From assembly GCF_052425735.1 (NCBI RefSeq), contig NC_135760.1, forward strand, positions 1,612,001-1,676,000: a stretch of DNA of 64,000 nucleotides. Reading direction: 5' to 3'. Positions 12,676-24,573 of this stretch are shown in pieces. Under the pieces are notes generated by a model. It was not told the DNA's origin. It saw only the letters and a program-made list of their open reading frames with translations, and did no database searches. The translations under genes and the position numbers were made by a program. How positions within the stretch are numbered: position 1 is the first letter of the stretch; each line of letters begins with the position of its first letter. Source of the DNA: Oculina patagonica (taxonomy: Eukaryota).

Positions 12676-13425
12676 TAAGACCTGGTTTCATTCCTTAAGG
12701 ATATTCTCTCGATAGTTATCACACTTGGGTTTGTTTCTAACATCTTCCTAATTTCTTTTACCTTTAGATCCGCGAAATCGTGAGGAAGGCAATATCATGA
12801 AAACGGAGGAGTGAAGAATTCAAGCAGGAAAAACAGGACGCTGAAGTGAATACCATAAAGTTAAGAATATTATTTGAGAATTTAGTAACACTGGAACCTT
12901 TCCGATAAAAAAATGGCAGCAGTTTCTCGTGATAGAATTCTCGTGATAGAATTGGGCTTGAGAAATCTAAAATTGTAGGCAAATTGGAAATATGTTTTTT
13001 CGTCTGAATTATTACTTACATTTGAGAAAAATTCAAACGCGGACAAAGACAGTAGTTAATTCAAATTTTGCCATATTTATCGCAAAGGTTTTAGGATATT
13101 TTGTCTGCACATGTTTTCAGAGCCTTTTAGTTTTTGAGCGATCGGTATAGCAGTCTCACAAAACCCGTAGAAGAAAAATTATCTGTCCGAATTTGTCTTA
13201 CAATTTGTAATAGTCTAATTGTCTAGTATCTATTTCACGGGTAAAAAACAGTTAACTTTCTTGATGGAATTAAAAAATTTAACGGAACTTCTTTACCATA
13301 CGGTCAAATTTTAATCATTTTTGTTTGTTTTCTTTTTTTAACTGAGATTTGCAATATTCCTAAGCTCTGAAGTTGTCTGAAAACATGTGACAAGACAGTA
13401 GCAAATATTGAGCAGAGTATTTTAA

Positions 13426-14030
13426 GGTGGCACTGCATGCTGAAAACAAAACGTCGTATCTCATTGTAACTATTGGTTACGTGATCGTGTCAATTAAAAC
13501 AATTCGTTTGGATATAATTGACTTGGAGTTTAAAATAAAAGCACGTCAGTTCTGAACATTTTATTTTGTTCCCAAAAAGCCAAAAAACAGCATATTTTTG
13601 ATTACAGAGAAATGGGGAATTTCCTTGCTCAAAAATAATTAAAAAACGGTCGTGTGGATTTTGTTGCAACCATCAAACGAATGTTGTTGAAAAATTATTA
13701 CAGTAAATTATTAGTATAGCAAATCTTTTTCACTTTTCTTCAACTCAAATCTTGAAACATTACAGACAAAGAAACAAAGATGGTTTGTATTAAACGAAAA
13801 ATACCAAAATTACAGTCAGGAGAATATGGATTGTATTATTAATTTCCAAATCATTTTGTTCGCTGAAATTCTTTCAAGGTAATTTCTCATTCAAACTTAC
13901 TTCGGTAAACCTTTTATATTTGGTACAACAGTTGATATTGATTGCAATATAAAATTTCCTTTTTGATTTTTGTTCGCTGCATCTAAAGTGCGGGGGTGGC
14001 GTACACTTACACTCGACATGCAGAGCCACC
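13426..14030. mobile_element. Non-autonomous Kolobok-like element
   Basis: TTAA|GGTGGCACTGCATG ... CATGCAGAGCCACC|TTAA, i.e. TTAA TSD with RR..YY termini. Further same-family ends occur at 20597-20610 and 36198-36212. Confidence 0.7.
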
Positions 14031-14172
14031 TTAAAATAACGTTGAGAGATATTGGGTTTCTGAACAGATTTTCGTATACTAAAAAACTGTACCAGCAGAA
14101 TATTTCATTTACATATTTTTCGCTACGGAAAAGTTTTCAAGTGACAGTTGTTGTTTGGGAGGGAAATAAATA

Positions 14173-14314
14173 CAGTTGAATCCCGATAACTCGAACCTTC
14201 AAGGGAAGCCGAAAAAGGTTCGAGTTATTGGGGGTAAAATAGTAAGAAATGACTTGAAGGGGAATTGAGAATGGTTCGAGTTAGCGGGAGGTTCGAGTTC
14301 TCGGGATTCAACTG
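14173..14314. mobile_element. Tc1/mariner-pogo-type MITE
   Basis: TA|CAGTTGAATCCCGA.AACTCGAACC ... GGTTCGAGTT.TCGGGATTCAACTG|TA. Confidence 0.8.
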
Positions 14315-17300
14315 TATGAATTATCGATCAGAAACCCAATATGTTCTCTTGTGAGCTTTAGTAAGGTTTTAAAGAACTGTCTGGTTTCATTTGTTTTTAT
14401 CGAACTACAAATAATCCCTAGGTCTATTTGTTTCATAATTCGAAGCGCACTTTAAAATGGGACATCGCAGGGAACAGTAAGCCAGAGCTGAAATTGATCA
14501 TTTTAATAAAATTTGTCATTTTTCTTTGATAAATATTATACATCAACGAAATTATCAAACGTTTTTTCATAATTTTATGAACAATTTCGGTTTGAAAAAT
14601 CTGCAACTAGTACAACAAGATGGAATTTTGACACAATATTTCCATATTTAACTGTAGTTCACTGTTCATTGGCCAAAACTCTAATTCACTCAAATTTCGG
14701 CTCAATTGAAGTACATATTTTTCACAATTATCTTTTCTAAAAGTTTCAATTTACACCTTGTCGAGGACAAGAACTTTGGTAAGAACTTTGAGATATTTTA
14801 AGGTTTTATGTTGACGGAAGATTTGAAATATGTAAAGGAACAAATTTTTTTTTTGCAAAACTCGCCTCCACGTGCAAAACGTAAATGCAAATTAGATAGT
14901 GTTGAAAGGTGGGAAGGGGTCCAGTCTCTTTCTATCGTGCGCCTTCGTGTTAAAAACGGAAATATTTCTGTATTCAACTAAAATGTTCGCCTTCGTTTGT
15001 AATTGACAATCATTTTTATCCAAAATATTTACGGACGGTATTGAATAGGGATACATTTTGAAGTGTTTCTTGATAACCAGACATTAATCTTTAAAGCCTC
15101 ACTGACTTTATCTGAGCTTTCGTCAAAACTAGTTTCGAAATGCTACACAGAACAAATATTGAACTTAGGAAGCGCGAAAGCTTTTGAACGAGATTTTTAA
15201 TTCTGTTTTAATAACTCGAAAACATTTTTTTTTAATTGTGAAATTGCTTGCACTAAATTAAAGTCGCGCCTAAAATTTCTTTAGATTTTGGGATGATTTT
15301 TTTTTTTGCTCTGTCTTGATTCGTGATCTGTGTAGCAAACCGAAACAAATGTCTTGATATGGCTCGATTTTATTTCTTGAAGGTAACTTGGCAAGCCATA
15401 AACACAATCGAAATTGGCTAAAAATCATTCGGAAATGTTTTATTTTTTATCGGCCGAAAGCGGACGGAAGTTACGGAATTTGCTCGTGTGTTAGAAATAA
15501 TATTTTTAAAATTTACGCGGACTTTTTCCTTTCACAATACTGATGGCTTGCCACTGCTATTTTCTTTAAATATATTGCATGATGATATCACGTTAAATAG
15601 TAATTCCTTGAACGACCGGCAGCTAGAAATATATTTTCAGAAATGAGACGAGCAGGTTAAAATGACTACGAATATAAAGTTTTTGCACGCTTATTTGAAC
15701 ATTGAGAAGGTGGGGACATTTCTGAATCGCTATAGTTAAGAGAGTTCAAAAAGTGGGGTTCAAATTACCCGGCGATATAAACTTTCGTTAATATTTCGAT
15801 TTAAAAGTGTTTTCACCCTCTCAATGTTGTGTAGAAACGTTGCAGTTGTACAAATTTTAACATGCTCTTCTCATTTCTGTGAATAGATTTCTAGCTGCTC
15901 GTAGTTTTAGGGTTAACTATTCAACAAGATATCATCATAAAATACACCATCTTGTACACAAACAAGGGATTGGATTCAAAAATCGTTTCGTTTGCAAAAA
16001 CTTGTATATTTGGCATCAAATTTTTTCAATCAGTTTGTTTACAAGATTGGGTATGTTGTGATTTTTTGGCGGGGAAAAAAAGGGGGACCCCTTAAATTTT
16101 TTGTCTGAAAAGTTGTCAGGGGAAACGCTGTGCAAATTTTTCCAATTTTTCCCGCCAAAAGTCTTAGTATATATAGGAGGAATTTTTTCTTCACACCTAT
16201 GTAATTTACTTTAATCGAATTTCAATAAACTAATTAAAGTTTATTTGTGAACATAGCTTTTATATTATTAATTAGATATTGTTGAGATCAATAAAAGAGA
16301 CAAAAGAAGACTAACACGACTTTGTTTGAGTATTGTTTATTTTATTGTGTGCATTAAATAATACTTTAAATTATTAAAGTTATTATTCCTAGCACTTAGA
16401 TATTACTTTACATGAAAAAAAGAAAACTAAAAAACGGCGCATGCGTATTTTGAGCGCCCGTATTTTTCTAAGTTTTTTGGCGGGAAAATAAAAATTTGAC
16501 ATAGGTTACCTTGAAAGCACATTTTAAAATTCAAGACAACGTTTGCAGTAAATCATTTATTTTTGTTCAACTTATATCAACAAACTCGAAGAAGAAAAAG
16601 CTATAAGAATTTTCACTACAAAATGTACGTATCGTGTAAACAATTTTGAGCATTTCAAGACAATTTTTACTGGCTTCTTGGAAAAATCATCGAAAAATAA
16701 GTCATAAGTCAGAAACACTAGCAAATTTTTCATGAAAATATTTGCTGGTAAAATAACAACGAACACAAATTTGAGCATTACAAGACAAGGTTGAGTCTTC
16801 TTAGTAAAAAAAGCTCGCAAATACTTGATAGTGAAACTTTCGTAAATCGTGGCTAGCTAGTAAACGACTTAAGTTTTATGCTTATTTCCTCGTACAGGAC
16901 TCTGTGGGCTCAAATATCTATTTTATCGACTATGGAGTAATTTGTTTTTGAAAATAAACTTTGCTGGCGATATGTTTTGTCGATAGACACTAGGTCAAAA
17001 TGTTTGCTAAAAAATTGACCATGAAAACAAATTTGTGCATTTCAAGACTTTGTTTACCCTTGTGGTAAAAAAAATAGAGAAAAATGCTAAAAAATTATGA
17101 CAAACAGACAATCTGATCAATCATTCTAGGAAATTTAAACCCACAGTGTCTCTCGACAGAGAAGAAACAAACTTATGGCCTACGCTAAACGTAAACAAAA
17201 AGGCTCACTACAATAATTTTGCCAGGTAAAATCAGGGCTCAATTTGAAAGTAAACAAGACAATTAGGATAACTGAATAGCCCAGCAGAAAATAGTCAAGT

Positions 17301-17514
17301 TACACGGCGAAAAATGTTGTTTACAGCGACTTAAACGGCGAATTACAAAACTTGAATGTAAAATTGCATAGTGTGTCTTCGTGTTTACAGTTGTATCCAA
17401 AAGAGAAATAACTTAACCGACTCAAACAGATACCAAATAACGAACAAATGAGTGTGTTTTCAAAATTTCCATATTTCTGTCGCTGGAATTTATATATCTA
17501 ACAATCTGTCTTAC

Positions 17515-19900
17515 TTTGCTCCATTGTATAGTATAGCCACCTCCAATGTATTGCCTCCAAAGTTTTGCCATTAATGCCTTGCCTCTAGACCTTTTCTTCA
17601 CTGAGCTGTTTCCAGTTTGTAATGTCGTTGTTCCTTTCTCGTGTTGTCAATTTCAGAAATCCTAAAAATAAATAACAAAAATTTGATTTATTGAACATGT
17701 TTTGCGACAGACAAACATTTGGTAGCTATTAAGTTCCGTTGCTGATTCAATAAATATGTAAAAACACGTATGAAGGTGTTAACTTCGAAAATAAGAAATA
17801 CCTACTCTTGACAAATTTTGCGAAAGAGATTTATTGTCGGCTGCATATGGCAGAATAACAAATTTTTGACCATTTAAATTATTCATAATAACCGCCATGA
17901 TGGTTTTCACAATATAATTAACAATTATTCACCGAAGTGGAGGTAAATATCCATCACATTCACCGACACTGAGGTGAATAATTGTTTTAGTATATACCAC
18001 TCTAGTTGAATAACTAGCGGACCAAAACATCACTTTCGGTAAACAAAGCGACGCGCGAAGACAGTTTGTTTCTCTTAACCTGCTCGGAAGTGAATAGCAC
18101 TAGCTTGGCTAATCACCTCCGAGTTAACCAATCAGCGCGCGCGAAAAGCACCATTCATTTGTGTGGTATTAGCCTGCGTTGCAGACGAACTAAAACCTGG
18201 TATAGTCAGGACTTCGTGTCGTCCAAACAAACGGCTTTGTTTATTGCCGAGTCACTAGCCAAAACAATACAAATCTATGTGAAGCGGTGTCCGGTGCAAT
18301 TACACCAAAGACAGTATGGTTAAAAGCAACATCTATATGAAAGCAAGAAATTTCCAGCTCGTACCAATATCCTGTAAACGTGCCACTTACTCCTACCCCT
18401 CATCCTTCAACACCAAGTTTGGCGGAAGGAGGGTAAGGGTGCTGTTTGTCGCTGAACAACATGTTGCGATTGGATTTGGTTTAAAGGGACTATTTATTTT
18501 ACCAGATTTTCGAACTCAGAAAATTTATATTTGTGCCGCAAGAAACCTAAAAATAATAGTCCAATTTTATTTGCCTGTGGGTGACTCGGATGGAAACGGA
18601 GTTGCAATTTGAACAAGTTAGGCAAACGTTTTCAAGTTGTTTCCACGCGTCTTCGAAATATCGATATTTATAGCCGTAGCTTAATTTCTACTCGTAAATT
18701 AAGGTTACACCTTCCTCTAGATGTTCAAAGTTAATATTTATTTAGGGTTAAGTTGTCCACCACTAATTTCAGAACAGTTTAGATCAAACATCTGCACAAT
18801 CCCCGTGACATAGTCCCTTTAAAGTCAGTCATTCTCGAACTGTTCTTTTTGTAACGTTAACGCTGTTTAAAATTTAATTTCACTATGCGAGCAGCCATGT
18901 CCAGCAGACAGGTTACGATAATAAAAAAAATAATCAACTAATGAATATTATCTTGATGTACCACTGAATTCTCACAACTAACATTAAAGTAATGTATGGG
19001 AATTACTTAGGAGAATTGATATTTCGATCCTGGGTAAAAATTTAGTTACCTGAGTAATCGCATGATAGCTGGCCTCGTTGGTTTCTCAGTTTAATCCTAA
19101 TGTTCGTTGCTTTCCTGAAAAAATAAAAAAGATCAGAAGAAAAATTAACAACAATTTAATTCATTAACGACATTGTTTTAGCCAATACCTGAGCAGGAAT
19201 TTCTAAACCCCTCTCTTTTGCAAGATCTTAAATAATAATAAATCTTTGAATAGTTAAAAATCGGAGCAGAGTTTAACGTAGACTGAAAAACCCAATGTAA
19301 AATGCTCTAGACTACCATTAGAAAAAATATATCATCTTGTTACTAAATGGTTAAGCAGGATATTTTTGGAGCATAGATGGGGCTAATGATTCGCTTTGAA
19401 GAGAATGTCAGAAGGCACTACGAGATCTACTTCGTGAACGTACAGCAAGCTAATTAAATGACCAAAAATTAAGCAGCTTTTATAGAGGTCACCAGCTCTC
19501 ACATGGTTAGTTCAACAAACTCTCATGACATAAAAAAAATTGTCGAAAACAATTGGGAAATAACTTAGGGGAGAGGGAAAGGGACGTCTGTCCAAAAACG
19601 CCGAAGAGTTTGATAGAATTCGCAGTAAATATGACGATCACTTTTTGTGATTTTCTTCCACAAAATAAAAAAATTGAATTCCGCAATGATCAGAGGTTGT
19701 TTATGTCTCCCGGCCACAAATACTTAGGTGAACAAAAATTTGAAACCTGACTATTTCTGGCAATTGTACAAAGTTTACCTTAAAATAAAAGCTAAAATAC
19801 GTCTTCAATATGTAACATTACTTTTGTGTGTAGTTCTCACCTTGAGAAAGACTCGAAACCCATTTGGCGAAAGTTACGCTGAATAAGTCTCCATTTTGCT
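17515..19900 (-). other. Putative spliced lncRNA or small-ORF transcript (3 predicted exons)
   Basis: Consensus splice sites give exons ~19900-19841 (AAG|GTGAGA), 19114-19050 (ttttcag / CAG|GTAACT) and 17661-17515 (tattttag / AAA|GTAAGA). The spliced frame from ATG 19863 to TAG 17585 is open for 54 aa. Confidence 0.4.
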
Positions 19901-20774
19901 TGAAGCACGTGCTTTCAAAGTTTGCTTGAAGTCAAGTTCTCGTTGCAGACATTTATGTTTCGTAACATTTCCAAACGTATGGACAATTCCAAACTGAAGC
20001 TTGAGGCATTTTGGTAGCACCAGGGGAAGCCAAAGCAAGAGTTATACAAGTTTAAATTTAAACATGGATGCTAAACCTTCGACCAGAAGAATGCAAAGTG
20101 ATATTTGCATAATTTGCAATTTAAATTCTCAAACGTCTGGGACCACGCACGGTACGGTTGTTTGCAATTATCTGATTGGCTAGTCTTTTTATTGGATAAT
20201 TTAACGGCGGAATGTTTAAAATTTTCTCTTCCTTTCTTGCTAGCCAGAAAACTTTTCTCGTGGAAAGTGAATTTTCGAAATAACAAAATTTATCATTCAA
20301 TTTCTTACATCATTTGCAAAACAGAGTGTTTTTCTCTGTGTGGCAGCGGTTGCATGTATATCGATTTTACCACGAAACGAAATTAAATCTCTGTGAAATC
20401 AACTGAAATTAATTGTCATGAAAAAATACTTTTAAAAAGAGATCAATTATACCCTTTTATGTCCGTTTGAGTCTAAATATTTTGAAGATAATCGGTTACA
20501 TTTTTTACCAGTGTATTAATTATTGTCCGATTAAAGTTATCAACAAAATAGTCATTCTTAGTTTGTAACAAACTGCATCGCATCTGAGTGGTGGATCAGA
20601 GCCACCTTAAATTTATGAAAAAATCAAATCGTGGTGAATACCACCTTTAGCTTTTTGTTGTGTTTAGATTATTTTGGGTGAGTAGCGTAAAATGCAAAAT
20701 CTAGATCATTGTTAGTGTTTCTACTACAGCTATTCGCTGTTTTGTGCGGCGAATACCGGCAATAGATGGGAAAC

Positions 20775-20918
20775 TAGACTTGCTTACAAGTCGAGCTTAC
20801 AGAGCGCGAAGTGCGAGAGCGAATGCGAAGCGCGAGAGCTCGAGGGCAGAGCGCGAGCGCTCCGGGGTCTACTACCACCAAACCGAAAACGAAAAGCGAA
20901 CGACTTTTAGAAAGTCTA
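20775..20918. mobile_element. Short MITE with TAG..CTA ends and ~9-bp TSD (Academ-like)
   Basis: atgggaaac|TAGACTT...AAGTCG ... CGACTTTTAGAAAGTCTA|atggggaaac. Confidence 0.65.
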
Positions 20919-21032
20919 ATGGGGAAACAGCAGCTTGCAGTTACAAACAATTCTCTGCTTTCATGTTTCCATAGAAAAATAAAAAAAAATTGAAAGATAT
21001 ATATTATCTTCCGCAACAGGATGTTCGTTCAT

Positions 21033-21345
21033 GAAAAGGTTAATTTAAACTAAACCGTGAAACACATTTTACATGTAATTTGCACCTTTTTGGCTGAGAA
21101 AAATTAAATATTTTAAAAAATTACGAATTCATACAGAACCAGGCGCCATTCAGTCTAAGTAAAGTCGAATAAGAGGCTCTCAATGGGGTTATTAGCAGTC
21201 AGCCGTAAAATAGTCAAAATTTTACCGTTAGGCGTAAAATTTGAAGACCTCTGAAGAATTCTAACCGTCAGCCTTAAAAATGTTAAAAGTAAAAAATTCC
21301 AGCCACTAAGATGAAGGTCTGAAGATCTCGTCAAGACTTATTTCG
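21033..21345 (+). repeat. Direct repeat copy 1 (copy 2 at ~24703-25010)
   Basis: Shared AAAAGGTTAATTTAAACTAA..GTGAAACACATTTTACATGTAAT...AAAAAATTCCAGCCACTAA...GTCAAGAC. Confidence 0.75.
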
Positions 21346-22351
21346 TCATACCTTTTACAGTGTTTAATAGCTAGAGAGCCAAACGGAAACCGGAAGCGTT
21401 AATTGTGAAAGAAGGTTTTAATGGGGAGGTGGCTTTTACGGTTAACGGTTAAAATTTTGTTTGTTTGTGTTTTTTTAACAGCTAACGGTTAATTTCTTTT
21501 CATTGCGGTTAACAGAAGTTAAAAATTAATTTCTATTGTTTTAAAAAGTGGAAAGTTAATTTCCATCATAAAAAAACGTATTTTGATTAGGTCTTAGGTC
21601 TCTTAGGGACGATGAGTGATCGACTCTGTTTTAGTTAAATTACTGAAAATTATTTTACGTTTGGCTCGCCCTCTCTATCTAACCTATGGCGAAATTTTCC
21701 GTTTAGCGAATTTTTACGAACAGTTAAAGGTCAGATCAAGTGACCTCGGGGAACTATGCCACCGGCAATTGCTGAAAAATGGTAGTCTTATGGTACAATG
21801 GTTATGCACAGTCAAATAGAATAGCTTTTTTAATGGTTTTTAGCACTTATATACTAAAACACTGCAATTCCCCCAAAACACTGCAAAAATTAGCTTGTTA
21901 CATTGGGGCACATTTCCCTCAAATCTACTTTTTGCACTACCAAACCCGCGAGTAATAACCTAATTTTTTCCAGGTTAGCCTAAACAGGCTCTTACATAAA
22001 TGGTAGTTAACACAAATTCAGGCTATTTATAGGCCCTTATTTTTGAAAAAAATGTGCATTGTTGCTAATAGAACTTTTAGCAATATTCAGCCAATTATTT
22101 GTATAAAATTTGCATACCAAACAAGTGTTTGTGTACATTGTATACATGAACAGCAAAGCCATGTCCAAACTTATTTTCCCCAAAGTAAACATTTTAAATC
22201 AATTTTTGAAAATAAAAACCTGTTTTCAAATTTTAGGATAAATAGGTTCTTATAAAAAATAGGGGCCTAATTTGCAAATTTTAGCCTAACAGGTTCTTAA
22301 ATGTTAGGTTCTTATTCGCTGGATTTTGTATGAGTTTCTGTCATTTTACTT

Positions 22352-23320
22352 TTAATTCGCGGTGGTAATTATAACCTTATGTCGATCTATTCGATCTACA
22401 CTATGTACCCAAGTAACGTTTTCAACACAGCAAAGCTGTCTGATTGTGTCTTTTACCGCTTCTCTCACTTCTCGGATTTTCCAACAGTATAAGAGCGGGT
22501 TTAGAGATGAGTTTAAGTAGACAAGAGTCTCTGTAGTTAGCCTAGCCACGTCACTTTTTATCCCTTTGACATCCAACACAGCCGCTACAGCAAACGGAAC
22601 ATAGCAGGCAACTAATGCCAACTGCACCCACAAAATGCTAGAAACTGTCTTTTTATATTTTTCTATGTTCAGTGAAATCTCTCCTCCTTGGGGAACATTG
22701 TTTTGTACTTGGGCTTGATGATGTCGTAGTTTCAGGTGGATTTTCGTGTAAGAGAAAATCGATGTTACCAGAAAAAATATCAACAAAACAGCGGCTCCCT
22801 TCAAAGCAATATCTCTTCTCCACATCCGGATACATCCACCTGAGGCACCAATTAATAAGAAACAAATTATAACCACACGAGCTCGCCTCAGTGTTACGAC
22901 ATGTCTGTATCTCAGTCCCAACGACAGGGCGAGAAGTCTGTCCACACTTATTGTTATCGACGTCAAGCCAGATACTCCACACAAAAGCCACCCTAAAGCA
23001 CGAGTAACTTTGAAAATATCGCACAAGACATTTTCGTCCATCTTTATTAAACGAGATACAATGCTGGTTGCGTAAAGTGGCTGTACAACGAGACCAACAC
23101 AAAGATCAGTGACCGCCAGACATCGAAAGAAAAGTTTCGTCGGAGGATGAATAGAAGAGATTTTATGAAGGGCAATAAAGATCAAAGCGTTTCCCAGAGA
23201 AGCGGTGATGGAAAGGAAAATGTTCAAAGCGGAAAAAAATTCAAGTATACCTGCTCTCGGTTCGGTGTTTATTTGGTTAAGTTTGTCTGCGCAGTTTCCA
23301 TCTTCAGTAATGTTGGCCAT
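22352..23320 (-). CDS. Intronless class A GPCR paralog 3, 322 aa
   Basis: Same family motifs (SVDRL, CYVP, NPLLY). Inverted relative to paralogs 1 and 2, with a longer C-tail. Confidence 0.93.
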   Translation of the reverse strand: MANITEDGNCADKLNQINTEPRAGILEFFSALNIFLSITASLGNALIFIALHKISSIHPPTKLFFRCLAVTDLCVGLVVQPLYATSIVSRLIKMDENVLCDIFKVTRALGWLLCGVSGLTSITISVDRLLALSLGLRYRHVVTLRRARVVIICFLLIGASGGCIRMWRRDIALKGAAVLLIFFLVTSIFSYTKIHLKLRHHQAQVQNNVPQGGEISLNIEKYKKTVSSILWVQLALVACYVPFAVAAVLDVKGIKSDVARLTTETLVYLNSSLNPLLYCWKIREVREAVKDTIRQLCCVENVTWVHSVDRIDRHKVIITTAN

Positions 23321-24142
23321 TTTTTCCTTATGGTAAGAAATAAAAGCTTGCTGCGAAGAATGATTTTAGTTGAGAAAAACCGTCAGCTTACAGCTCAATA
23401 GCGCGAGCGAGGATGATTTTATATGTCGTTAATAATAATACGTCCACTTGTGTGTTTATATATAACTGTTTTCCGGGACTGTATATTTTATTGTCCCATT
23501 TGTCCATTTTCTTTTAATTATAAAGAGTCACGTTTGTGCTGAAAAGTGAGTGGTGTGTTAGTTAGGGAGAATTGCGATTGTGTTATTTTACCTAGCTGTT
23601 AGAATATGAGATAGTTGAAAACAAATTGGAAGCAAAAAACTGAAAAAATGGCATTGCTTGAGTTTTCAACCAAAAACAAAGCATTATAATAGTTTGTATT
23701 TATTTACAAGTAGATGTTGTGGCTAAACATTCGGCAATAACTGATCACAGAAATTTGCATATTCCTCCGAGACCCAATATACAAATATTCGTTTTATTTA
23801 ACACTATACCTGCCAAAATAGACAAAATACTGGCGGTTTCTCATCGGATAAATGACAGCCGTCTAATATCAAAACTGCATAAGGGGGAAGTAAAAACTTG
23901 GTAAAATTTTCAGCATATTTTACGTATAATTGGACGAAGCTGTAATACGTATGCGATTATGAAACGCATTTTCATTCCGCCCTTTTGACCAAAACAAAAT
24001 TGAGTTTCGTGTAACGGAATATAACTTATTATGGTTACATTTGTTGCGGAGGCGAGCGGTGGTCAAGTTGTTTATTAGCGCTCAGTCAGGCGGAGCCTAT
24101 GTCTCCATGTTTATTGGTTTACGTTGCATTGTATTGGGAATA

Positions 24143-24573
24143 CAGTAAAAACTCGCGAGTAAGAACCTAACACTGTAAGAAGCTGTCAGGCTGAAATTTG
24201 CGAATTAGAACCCATTCTTATAAGAACCTATTTAGCCTCAAATTTGGAAACAGGTTCTTATTTTCTAGAATTGATTAAAAATGTTTACTTTTGGGAAATG
24301 AGTTTGGACAAAGCATAACTGTGCATGTATATAATGTGTTATTCTAAATGATTATTGCTTCATTTTTACATGAGCACTTATGTGGTATGCAAATTTTATA
24401 CAAGAAATAGGCTGATACTACTAAAAGTTCTATCAGCATCAATGTAAACTTTCTTCAGAAAATAAGAACCTATTAAGACCCTGAATAGCCAAAATTTGTG
24501 TCAACTACCAGTTTGTAAGAACCTATTTAGGCTAACCTGGAAAAATTCGGTTTTTACTCGCGGGTTTTTACTG
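24143..24573. mobile_element. Tc1/pogo-type MITE
   Basis: TA|CAGTAAAAACTCGCGAGTAA ... TTACTCGCGGGTTTTTACTG|TA. A decayed reverse-orientation copy lies at ~21938-22331. Confidence 0.8.

Noticed and set aside
4237-23401. Conserved antisense ORFs over the GPCR genes (4237-4470, 8507-9120, 23147-23401)
   Set aside because: Shadow frames of paralogous hydrophobic coding sequence; their similarity follows from the sense-strand homology.
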